From contig NC_068989.1 in assembly GCF_001194135.2 (NCBI RefSeq), positions 652,057-716,056 of the forward strand: DNA of 64,000 nt, written 5' to 3'. Numbering within the stretch: position 1 is the stretch's first letter; every line of letters starts with the position of its first letter. Shown piece after piece: positions 25,088-37,800 of the stretch. Under the pieces are notes generated by a model. It saw only the letters and a program-made list of their open reading frames with translations. It ran no database searches and was not told the origin of the DNA. The translations under genes and the position numbers were made by a program. The stretch is from Octopus bimaculoides. Its lineage: Eukaryota.

Positions 25088-27589
25088 TATACACACACAC
25101 ACACAATCATTTTTTTTACTTCCCTTCCTGCATACATCACATTTCCCCCATCTCAATCACTGACATCCATTGTGCAAGCTGATAATTTCGATATCATTCC
25201 CAGCTTTTATACGATTTACTTTACAAGCAAACGGATTCAACCGAGGAAAATTCAGCAACAATTGCTTGAAAAGTAGCAGCAATAGTTTGTAAAGAGGAAA
25301 CTAACACTGACAAAAGAGAGAAATAACAACACAGTATAGGAGAGACATGCTCAAGAGGAAGGCCATGGATTTTTATTGTAGTTTTGTAAAAAGGTAAATT
25401 CACCAGATATGCCACTTATGAAATAATTCTTTCAAATTTTTTTTAATGGATACTGGTGCTGTAATTGGTAATGTTGTCAAAGATATATATATATATATAT
25501 ATANNNNNNNNNNNNNNNNNNNNNNNNNNNNNNNNNNNNNNNNNNNNNNNNNNNNNNNNNNNNNNNNNNNNNNNNNNNNNNNNNNNNNNNNNNNNNNNNN
25601 NNNNNNNNNNNNNNNNNNNNNNNNNNNNNNNNNNNNNNNNNNNNNNNNNNNNNNNNNNNNNNNNNNNNNNNNNNNNNNNNNNNNNNNNNNNNNNNNNNNN
25701 NNNNNNNNNNNNNNNNNNNNNNNNNNNNNNNNNNNNNNNNNNNNNNNNNNNNNNNNNNNNNNNNNNNNNNNNNNNNNNNNNNNNNNNNNNNNNNNNNNNN
25801 NNNNNNNNNNNNNNNNNNNNNNNNNNNNNNNNNNNNNNNNNNNNNNNNNNNNNNNNNNNNNNNNNNNNNTAATAATTTTTCTTGAAAAGTTCCAATTTCG
25901 GCTAGTAAACATTCAGATAGTTGTTATATTTACTCAAATAGGATTAGAAACAGAGGATAGTAGAATTACAGAAGACGGCTAGAGCAAAGAAATAAGCTTA
26001 GTTCTTTGAAAACCATTCTAAAGACAAAAGCTGTGGGAACAGACAAGTCAGTTGGTGAGAACCAAAAATAAACAGTGAAGACAAAGAGAAAAGAAAATGT
26101 TTTATGATTATCATCAAAAGGAATTACATTAAAATACTTCTTTATTAAATAGTTGCCACTTTTTATATTAATACATTCTAGTGTAATTATAAAACTATAT
26201 TAGCAACAATGAAACTAGAGGAGATGGGATCTTGGTCACAAAATCCACGAGGAAATAAAAGGAGTTGCCAATTATTAAACTACATTCAGTAGACATAAGT
26301 AAAAAGCAATGTTTAAATAGGAAAAGAAAAAGCAGCAGGTTAATTATATCAGATTGATCCCTACAACTAATGACAATAAATTCATTAAAAAATTACCTGA
26401 GCACCAGCTCATCTCCAGATAGGAGTGTGACCAGTCTAAAAAAAAAACACAAAAAAAACAGAAACCCAGAAAACTTTCAGCTGCATTTCCTCAAAGGACA
26501 GCAGGTTACTAGAAAAAAAGGAATGCTTTCAGTTGAGCTCATTTGATCTTGTGTACCAAATAACATTTAAGGTCGTGGCTTGACGATTTTATGTTATGGC
26601 AACTAAACCAAAGAGACAAACCCTTCCATAAGCTAATGTTATAGCAATTAAGTAATTGTGTGTAAGGCATCTAATGAGAATGGTGAACAATACAACTTCA
26701 ACTTATCAGTTGAGAGTGATTGTGTGGATTTTGTAAACAAGAGAAATGAAGGTTTGTTTATTCTATTGTCAGTAGAGAGAAGTCAGTATGGAACTTGAAA
26801 AAAAAGAAACTAGAGATAAGTTTACAGGGCAAATAAAAAGATTAGAGAAAAACTTATTACATTTGATGTTCTAGATCTGCTGCTGCTATGGCACTGACCA
26901 GCATAACTTTAAACCTTGTTTCAAACTAAAAATAACGGACATAGCCTGAAAAGCTATTCATAGGCATTTCAATGGAACTGGTTTTATTTGAAGTAAATCC
27001 AAGATGAGGAGTCTTATGGTGAGTATTTTAACTAAGTAGAAGGCCATATTCTTTCATAGGACAAAGATATAGTCAGTGGAATGAACCCCCCCTCCAGGAT
27101 ATTACTGGTACTTATTTTATCAAATAGAGGGATGAAAGGTAAAGTTGATCTGAGAGGAAGGAAAGTAAATGGTAAACATTTTATATAGCATTCTTTTGTG
27201 TTAGCATCACTTCTACCACTCCTGATAATCCAATTGTATTCTTTAGTCACACCTTTACCAATTTTGACATTCCTGATATTCAAAACATAAGGAAAAGAAT
27301 GGGGATTAAAATGACAGTTAAACATAACAAACTGAAAATCTATCAGTCATCATGGCAATAAATAATAGAGGTAGCAAAATGCCTAAATATTCATAATCAT
27401 TAACATTATCATTTCATTAAGGGTGAAAGAAAATGAGGTCAAAGTACAAGTTATATATGCTGGAAAGCTCGTTAAGCAGCTAAAAAAAACATGTACAGAT
27501 TAACACTGAAATCTGGAGAAGACCTGGAGTATTTCTGAACAACTTAGTAAACTGACAAACTGGTGTGCATGCATTATACACACATATAT

Positions 27590-27632
<43 letters not shown>

Positions 27633-28332
27633 AGTCACTTGCTTGAAGGCTCCTCTCACAACTTTTGAAGATTTGCAGGGTTCTCTTTCTCAATTGTTGT
27701 TGGTGTTGTAATTTTATTTTGATAAACTTCTCAATTGGAACATTCTGGAAGGGGAAGAGAGTCTGAAGGGCACACATTCACATCCATTTTAACCAGTGAA
27801 ANNNNNNNNNNNNNNNNNNNNNNNNNNNNNNNNNNNNNNNNNNNNNNNNNNNNNNNNNNNNNNNNNNNTGTGTGTGTGTGTATCAATTTATATATTTAAT
27901 GATAATGAGAGATGGTGTGAAGTTGATAGTCTGTTGCTGCAGTTGTTTTGATGTTGCAATCCCAGAAGGGAACAAGCCACAAGTAAATATATTACAGACT
28001 AGCAGTGGTGGGCAGAGAGGTTCTTTTTTTTCTTCTTCTTTTTAGGGGAAAGGGGGGAAGGATATTAAAAAGAAAACAATAATATACAAAAAAAAGAGAG
28101 AGAAATGAAAAAGAAGTTGAGGAGAAAAAGGGTGAGAAAGAAGTCAGGAAAGGTAAAGGGAGTAAAAAAAGAAATTAAAATGTTAAATGGAGAGAAATAA
28201 GTATATCCGTCCACACTCGACAGCCCACTCCATTCTAGTACCACCACTACTAGTTTCTCAAATATTAAACATACAGTGGATGGGGACCAGTTCAACACAA
28301 GGCAGTGTGATGATCCCTCATCTCAAGTTAAT

Positions 28333-28392
28333 CTACCAACCACCAGTTTGTTCCTGGTACACTTCTATCACATCATCATCTTCCATTTCAAG
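28333..28392 (-). CDS. SUMO1: SUMO exon 5 coding part (LEMEDDDVIEVYQEQTGGW*)
   Basis: tttatttttcag|CTTGAAATG...ACTGGTGGTTGGTAG; di-glycine motif, then W and a TAG stop. Confidence 0.96.
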   Translation of the reverse strand, partial: LEMEDDDVIEVYQEQTGGW

Positions 28393-31089
28393 CTGAAAAA
28401 TAAATTAAAAATAGATTTTAAGAAACAAAAACAAAAAAAAAAAAAACAGCTTCAATATTATAGAAATGGAAATTTTACAGAAAAACATCATAAGCCAGAA
28501 TCCCCCAAAAATTCCTATATTTTTACAAGTCATTGAGATTGCTTCCTCAGATTCACACAAACCCAGTGAATAAGTCAGATCTTTGGCAGCAAACACAGTC
28601 TGACATGAGCATCCTACTTTACAGTAATTAACTTACCCATTATTAAAACAACTAAATACTGGAGAGACAGTAACTGTCTTAACTTCCATATCCACTTTCT
28701 TCTTAAAATAACTAGAGAATCACCTGTTAATTCTAATAATACTAAAATAGCAACAATTCAACATTTCTGGTCTACTCAGATAAGAATTACGCTTTGACAC
28801 TTTATGATCTCAAATTAATTTAGAAGAACCATCAGAGACGATGGTTGCCTAAAATTAATGTGGACTTGATCTGTTGCCCAGTTTAACAGTGCCACCTGGC
28901 ACTTTGGGTGGCTTGAGAAAGCATTTCAGAGTAAGTCACTGGTTTGAGAAGGACATCCTCTCTCTATCTCCCCACCATCAGTGCCAGGGGTCCCCAAAAA
29001 CAGTCATGTCTTCCCTCTTCACTACAAAGATTTTTTAAACATTTGTATCTGATATCGCTGAACATTTAGGGTTAAGTAACTGCATTGCTGTAGGGGACAT
29101 CATTAAAATAAACAAAAGACAAATTTGTAGAGAATAATTTTTTTTTTTAATGAAGAAAAGAATGAAGTAGTCAACAATTAAGATGCGGAAGTTATTTGTT
29201 TTTCGACCCAGGTAGAAAAAAAAAAAGGTTACCTGCTTTGGTGTTTCATCATCATTAATTCTTCGACCATCAAATAAGAATCTCAAAGAAGTCACTGGAA
29301 CACCCTTCAATAGAATTGAGAAGAAGTGAGAGTAAAAGAGTGAGTTTTAAAATGACAACACACACACACACACACATGGTGGGTTTCTTTCAGTTTTTAT
29401 TTGTTAATTCAATTGACATGGCTTTGATCAGCTTTTATCTTTCCAAATTGTTTTACCAGTTTCATAAACAGTAATTATAACTGATTCAGCCTTCTTTACT
29501 TTCTCTGACACCTTAAAGTAATCACCAAGCTAAATGCAGAGAGGGGGGGGGAGACTACAGTATATCATGGACAGAGTTCATTGTATACTAAAGTCATAAA
29601 AAAGAATTTCTTGGGAATGTAGATTTCATTTAAAGGCCTCAAAGTGAACATGGTTTCAAGGCAAAGTTCACTTTGCAACTGCATATTTTCAGCTTCAATG
29701 CCAATGTGGAACTTTAGTCAATTGTCTTCTACTAAAACCTAAGATTAACTAATAACTAGTCGAATGTGGTAGGCAATTGAAATTATAGTGGGGTCAATAA
29801 GATCGTCCAACCCATACTAGCATGGCAAGCGGACGTTAAATGATGATGATGATGAGGATGACTATAGTACACTGAATCAAAAAAATCACAATGTTGAACT
29901 TTTGTCTGTTGCACAAGGTACAAACAAAAGATACACTAAAGATATCAGAAATGCAAAACTTTCCGTAGTTGCCATGAGAAAAAAAAAAACTAGTAATGGT
30001 TGATATAGCTCAATGGAAGTGTCTAGGTTATTCTATGTGACATAATTAGTGTGTGAGAGGTTGAAGCTGAATTGTATAGTTTGAGTTACGTTTAGAAAAC
30101 TGGTTTTACTTCAATAGAGAATCTAATTTTCTCAGCAAAAAGTGGATTATATGGGCCATTATACAATGTGATGCTATACAGCAGAGAAATATAAGCTTGT
30201 GTACACAGAAAAAAAATGTACTGACTGGAAACGACTACACTGATGTTGCAATGTTAACTTATGGTTAAGTATAAGGACAACATGATTGTGAAATATTTCT
30301 GAGAGAATAAAGCTTGGAGGTGCTTAACCCTTTAACATTCAGTTTACTTCTCTGTCGAATGTAATCCTTATTTATTCACATTGTTTTGAATTAGTCATGC
30401 AATATCTTGTAGCTTTGAGATTTCAATGATGTGACTGTTTGTTTTTTGAATGACATTGTTGGGTAGGTGTGAGAGGCTGGATCTGGCCAGTTTCAATATA
30501 AAATGGATGGAATGTTTTGGCCAGATACAATTGGTTTAAATGCTAAAGGGATAAATCTAAATGGACAGTGAATGACAAATAAAAAAAATCACTTTCAGTT
30601 GAGAGTGGAAAACAGTTACAATAGGTTTGAGAAAGTGGGTTAGAGACTATTTTAAATGTAATAGATAAGGGAACAAGACTAAAAGCAACATTTAATCCAT
30701 ATCAACACAGAAAAGCTAAGAAAAAAAATATTTGTTAGGAATGAAACAATTACAATCTAATTTCTCCATTTACCTTGAAGGTAATAAAAAAACTAAATCA
30801 AACTAGAAGCATTTATTTCATAGAATCATCTCCACCGCCACTACCAAACCCCTCCCCCTCACCATTCAATGTCCACTTTTCCATGTTAGCATGAGTCGGA
30901 TGGAATTTACTGAGACAGATTTTTCTATGGCTGGATGACCTTGTTGTCACCAACCCTCACCTGTTTCCAAGCAAGGTAATCTTTCCTTATACCTACAAAT
31001 GTTTTTTCACAGAAGACGAGAAACAAACAACCTCACTTATATAACAAATGATGCTCAATTTCAACCATCACATGATTTCTAGACAAGGG

Positions 31090-31122
<33 letters not shown>

Positions 31123-31834
31123 AGACAGGCTCGTTTCAGTTTATGAAATCCACTCCCCAGGCTTTGGTCAGCTTGGGGCTAGAATAAAAGACACTTGCTC
31201 AAAGTACCATGCAATGGGACTGAGCCTGAGACCAGATGGTTAGGAAGCAAGCTTCATAACCACAACCATGCCTACACCAAATTAGACAAAAAGTTTTACA
31301 AGTTTAAATATCATGCAAGAAAGTTACTAATCTTAAAGTTAATCTCTTGTTTCAAGAGACAGTATTATAAATTGTATTCTTTTGCAATATACGAGGAATG
31401 ACCTCCTTATGTCCTACCTGCCGTTCACTGTATGATCGTTTCAACTTCTCCATCTTTGTAGTCATTCTTACACGAAAATGAATTTCTGTGTTGTCCTTTG
31501 AAAAGAAAAAACAAAACAACAATTTATGAATGTACGGTGGTTTATGTATGCAGCTATCATTCGGAATACAAAACTTGAAAATTATATAAAGGGGAATCAC
31601 ACTGCAAACAGCTGAGAAAGAGAGTTGAACTACAACAGAAAGCAGCTAGGTTATACTCTGTGAACAAAATACAGCATACATTGTAAAGTATGTCAAGAAG
31701 CACACCATACACAGTTATAGCAGGAACCTACATGGTCCAAAATGATAGGGATGAATTAAAACACAATACACTCGAAAAACAGACCGAAGCATTCACTAGA
31801 TGTCACGAGCCAAGTAGGGGTCTATATATATATC

Positions 31835-31870
<36 letters not shown>

Positions 31871-34800
31871 TATATATATATGACTTTATTAACAAGAAAG
31901 AAAGGAAAGAATGCGGTGTCAGCAAAGCTTTGTTTACACAGAGAGATGAAAGCTTTTTAGTGGTTGAGGTAACAAGAGATTCCCTAAAGATGCACTCATC
32001 TGAATCATTAGAACCAGTGTTAATCATGACTTTTGTGGGGGCTACAACCCAGCATGCATGCTAACAATAATATTTCACAGAATGTTTCAAAAATTTTTTT
32101 TTAATTTTATTTGTAAAATTGAGCCAGAGGTCAGAGGTCAGATGAACTATTATCACTGCTGGCCATATTGCTTGATAGCCTCACCTAAAAAGTTGAATAG
32201 AAGCTTAACAATTCTTAAGTATGTCTAAGTTAATGTGAACTGATATATTTAAACACAACTGTATTCAACTGCAAACACTAAATAACAATACAGTTAACAA
32301 TTATTACACATCATTAATACAGAAGTTTCCCGGGGAAACTCTGAGGTCCCCACCACCCCTCTCCCCTTTCTTTTCTGGAAGAAAGTGGCTTGCGGCGGGT
32401 TTGGAGGTGGGATGCATTGAATGCACTCAAAAAAATCTCTAGAAAAAATTATTTCACACTGGAGTACAAATGGGTCCTTTACAAAATATTTACCCAAGAT
32501 CAGGAGAGGCATGCGAATAGAAAGATCGATGAGATTGATAAAGCAAGGGCTGAGCATCTGGCAGAACAGAAGGAGAGATCAGGAATTGGACGCTCAGAGA
32601 GCTGAGTGTCTGGCGAAAGAGAGGGAAAGCAGGAGACATCATGAATCAGATGCTCATGTGAATACAAACGGAATAAAACAAGTCTCACATAAATTGGACC
32701 ATGGGTTACCAAGATATGTGGGTTTTTTCAGGTACCTCTATAAATAACCAAATCAGCATATAATGGGGGAAATGTTTTGAAAGTAAGGTACCATTAGAAT
32801 GTGAATACAAAGTTTCGTGTAAATCAGACCACTGATTCACGAGACAGGCGGCTTTTTCAGGTACCTTGAACTATTGGTGACCCAATGGGTGATGGGTAGT
32901 CTAGTCATTCAATAAATCTTTCCACAAAAGAAACATTCCTCTGACCTCTTTACATTTTATGACAATTTTAAATCCTTTTTAGCTGCTGTCTGAAATATGG
33001 CTATGAAATGGGTCGAAAGAAATGCAGGGAATCAAATCACAGTTGAAAAGAACCAAAATGTCTTTTCATTTCTTCTTTTATCAGTTTCTCAAGGCAACTA
33101 ATTACATTTCTAGTTCTGCCTTTGAGAGTGCAATACTGAGGACACTTGATAGGTGGAAAAGTAATAAAATTACTTTAAAAATTATATTATAGCCTAATGA
33201 AACAAACAAACTTTATTTCCTTTGATCTCATTATGCTTCAATCCCAAACAAATTAGCAGTGACCTCTCCTCCTCCTCCTTCTTGGTAACTTTTAACTGAC
33301 TTATAACTAAAAGAAAACCAGTGTAGATTGCCCTCAAATGTACAAATGAGATCAAAAGATTACATTAATCTTAGAAATGGCTCTTCTCTTTCACTGATAT
33401 GTAACTTCTCTCTCAGAGAACCTAACAAGAACTACTTTGCTGTCCCACTATTTAGATGGATGAAGATTGTATAAGCCAGCATTGTGCCCCCCTTAACCCC
33501 TCGATGTTATTAGGTTTCATAACCCCTGAAGAACAAATACCTTGACCTTTTTAGACCCATGTTGAACATCCTTGTCTGATTTCTCCTATCAATTGGGATG
33601 TGCAATGCCCGGTTCCAATTGTGCTTTGGCAAGGTTTCTACAGCTGGATACCTTTCCTAATGCCAACCACAGTACAGAGTGTACCAGGTGCATTTTATGT
33701 GCAACCAGCACAAGTGCTTTTTACGTGGCACACCATATATATATTTATCTGCTTGTTGGAGTTAATCTCTCAAAAACCCAAGAAGTTTCAGTACAGAATA
33801 GGAAAGTTAGAAATTGCTTGAATTTCCAAATGATGAAATGAAGTTGATATCCATGTTAAAGAAACTTTGGGGTTTTATAGACAGCAGCAGCAGCCCACCA
33901 AATCAGAAAGTTAAAAATAACTATCATGCTATTTGAATATTAAAATGCAAATGATACAAAAGTCTCTCATAAGATAACTGAAGTGGTTGCAACATAGAAA
34001 TGGGCTGAGGACAATAAAATGCAGTCCAAAGCTGGAAAATCTCAAGTTCTGTGCCACCACATACAGAGCTGAATGAAAAGCAGACAGGATACACTGGCCC
34101 AGGAGGGATTGCAATCTCTGAATTGAAATCAGTCCATGACACAGACACGAGTAAGGATGCATCTTTGCAGGTGCAGAGTACGAAGCTCAGCAGATGGCTG
34201 GCGGAATGGACTCTGAGAACTGTCAGAACAAGAGTACAGGAAACCATGATGGTCCTCTAGAGGACCTTTAGCCATTTAGACTACTGTTGCTCCCAACTAC
34301 AGACACCACACAGTGTAAAATTAACAACAGAATTCAAAACAACCCAGAGAAGCTACACAAAGATCGTCTCAATGCGACATGTCAGCTACTGGGAGAGACT
34401 GGAAAAGTTAAGACTCTCCTCCCTAGAACAAAGGTGGGAAAAATACGCAGTGATATACAACTGGAAAATTCTACAAGAACTTGTACGTAACTTTGGAATT
34501 GAAAATTACACAAACAGCACAATAGGGTGCCACTGCATAGTAGCAAAAACCCCAGCATTGCTACCAGGATACAGAAGCAGATACTGTAACAGCTTGGGTT
34601 TAATCAGCTCTTCAATATCCTACCACAAGGCCTGAGAGACCTACATGAAATGGTTGGAGGCATCTTCAAAACAAAACTGGATCTCCTCCTGTCTAGAGTT
34701 CTGGATGAACCTACCTCACAGCAAGAAATGCAGATGAGGGCAGCAACATCAAACTCCCTCATTCACCAAATGCCACATATCACAGAAGGTTTAACGAAAG

Positions 34801-37800
34801 TGTAGCAAAGCTAATGGTGGCACCCCAGCATGGCCACAGCTCTCAAGCCGAAACTAGTAAATATATATATATATATCATCATTGATGATGATATATATAT
34901 ATATATATATATAATATACACACACACACAAGCTTCTTTTCAGTTTACACCTACCAAATTCACTCACAAGGCTTTGGTCAACCTCTGGCTATAGACTGAA
35001 GCCAAAATCACACAGCTATGCCTGTACCTATAACCACGGCCATATAACAAGGAAAGCATTTAATCCTGTCAAAAAAGCCACAAAATGATTCTAACAGCCT
35101 ACAGAATGCAAAAATAAAATAATAATCAGCAGCAATGAGAGCTACAAGTGGGTTCGGTTTAAGTGCTTAAGAAGAATTATTCAGTTTTAGGAGTGGCACT
35201 GAAAGCAAACACACCTATGACATTTGATACTCAATCAGAGCCAAGGAAATACAACATATATTCATAATAAATCACACATCATATTTTACATAATTTCAAG
35301 TTCGTAGATGGTGATGTAGAATTCTCAAGCAACATGGCAGAAATTACAACACTTTCTGTAAAGACAAATAGCTTTTATAGCAACAAAAAGAGAACTTAGT
35401 GGCCAATGAAAGAACCTCTGCAACAAATAGGCAAATCACATCCTTTTACAATAAAGATACAATGAACACCAATATAGACCCTAATATAGAAAAAGATGGG
35501 CTGATAAAAGCCCTTTGTCAAAAGGTGTTGAACCAGAGATGACCTGGACAATTATTATCATCAGTTCAAGCTTGCCCAGATTTTCCCAACTCAATCACAC
35601 CATCCATCACAACCACACAAAGCACTTGGTAGGGCAGCAGGGCAACATCTCGTGTTGCATTAGGCTGGGCAATATAACTGTTTGTAAGAGCACCCATTAC
35701 ACTCTCATAGTGGTTGGCGTTAGGAGGGTCATCCAGCCATAGAAACCATGCCAAATCAGACTGGTACCGGGTGTAAGCCCTCCAGCTTACCAGTTCCAGT
35801 CAAGCCATCTAACCCATGCTAGCATGGAAAGCAGACGTTAAATGATGATGACAGCTGACCCAAGTATATCTATGTCAAGTTCCCTCCAGCAAGGTCCCAC
35901 ATTATCATCATTGTTTACATGTTCCATGCAGAAAGGGGTTGGATGGTTTGACAGGATCCAACTAACCTCAGGGCTGTCTTGGTCTCTAATGCCTGCTTTA
36001 ACAAGGTTTCTATGGCTGAATGCTTTTCCTAATGCCATCTAGGCTATAAAAAGCAACAAAAGTAGATCTTAGGGTCATTACAAATTCTAAACAACTTGCT
36101 GTTGATACTGATTGTCACAAAAAAAAAAACTGCACTGATTGGCCTCATATCTCCTGTTGATGACATCTTGACAAACAGTATAGCCAATTTGAACAGAATA
36201 CAGAATATCTGGCTAAATGGTTAAAGGTAATGAGAAATCCTAAATTTAAAATGGCAATACTGCAAGTCCCATCAACTTTAATCCCATAACATTGAAGAGA
36301 AACATTTTCAGTAAATGACAAACCAGCAACAAAACAGTTTGATGAAAATGAATATGGTTGTTAATTCAGAGAATAGAGAAATCTATAAAAAATTATTATT
36401 TTTGAAGATATTACTTGCCAATGTATTTTAAATTCTAAGAACTGATATTTCATGGAAACAGCTGAGGCTACAACGTAAAAGATTATCTCCTTGCAAAATA
36501 TACACCAAAATGGAACCACACAGTACAAAAAACAACAAAAACAATCAAGACTAAATAAGATTAAGCAAAATACCAAAGTACATAATTTAGATCAAAGGGT
36601 TTTCTGAAGTACTTGTTTGCCTCACTGCCAACTATTTGACTGCTAAGAATAAGCGAAGACCAGAGGGAGAAAATCCGGAGGTAATAAATATTCAGTTTTA
36701 TAACTAATTACTTGCAGAAAACTATGAAAAAGGACTGGCTGAATTGTTCTGCTAATCATCATCATTTAACATCCACTTTTCCATTCCTGTAGGAATCAGA
36801 CTTTGTTGAAGCAGATTTTCTACAACCAGACGCCTTTCCTGTTGCCAACCCTCATTTGTTTCCCCACAGCCAGGCAGGCTTTTCATGGAAGACTGGAAAC
36901 GACCACCACTGCTTCTATGATAATGATGCTCATTTACAACCTTCACAGGATGTCAAGAGGATACACACAACCTGTGTGTGTATACGACAGGCTTCTTTCA
37001 GTTTCCACTTACTGGGATTGAACCAGAGATCACAGAGTTGGAAAATAGGCTTCTTAACCACACAACCTGTTACCTATTTTTCTTTTTGTCATTTACTTGT
37101 TTCAGTCAATGGACTGCCACCATGCTGGCGCGCTGTCTGGAAAGAGTTTTTAAGGAATCGATCCCAGTTCTTATTCAATCGATTTCCTTTGCCCAACTGC
37201 AATATTACTGGGACATAAGCAAATCACTGGCGGGAAACAAACACACACATACAACAGGTTTCTTTCTGTTGCCGTTTTACCAAATCCACCGACAAAGTTT
37301 CGGCCCATGTGGGGCTGAACTTGGAACCATGTAGTTGGGAAGCGACCACATGGTTCCAAGTGTCTCTAATTTTTATGTGAATAGTTTAACTTTTGTGCAT
37401 TATCGTTAACAAACCAAAATAAAAGTTTAAACGCAAAGCAACTGTCGCTGATGTGTAATCAAAATAAAATCGTTACAACTTTATAGGCTGGTAAAAATCG
37501 ACTGATCTTTACTTAGTATAAATCAAAATGAACACAATAGCAACTGAAGGAAGAAAAAAAACATCTTTATCGATCTGAAATTAAGCTAAAAAGAAATAGA
37601 TAATTCGTGGAACAAGGCCTAAAGTGAAGCCAGGAGCGGCGGAGAGGTAAGTAGATCCGGAAAAGTAGAAAGAAGCAGCAGCCAGGTGCAAAGCTTGATA
37701 TTTCGACGTGATACAATGTCGACATCTTCACGAATTTGTCGTTAGTGGGAGTTAGGGAGCGAGAATGAGAGTCGCGATGATGAAAGTTGGAATGAAATGT

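Noticed and set aside
28316-28335. UAG stop that A-to-I editing could recode to Trp (adding W-I-N-L-R)
   Set aside because: No evidence of editing, and the extension would be removed by SENP cleavage after GG anyway.
29035-29310. 91-aa ORF as a stand-alone gene
   Set aside because: Only 29304-29233 is SUMO exon 4; the rest is intron read-through.
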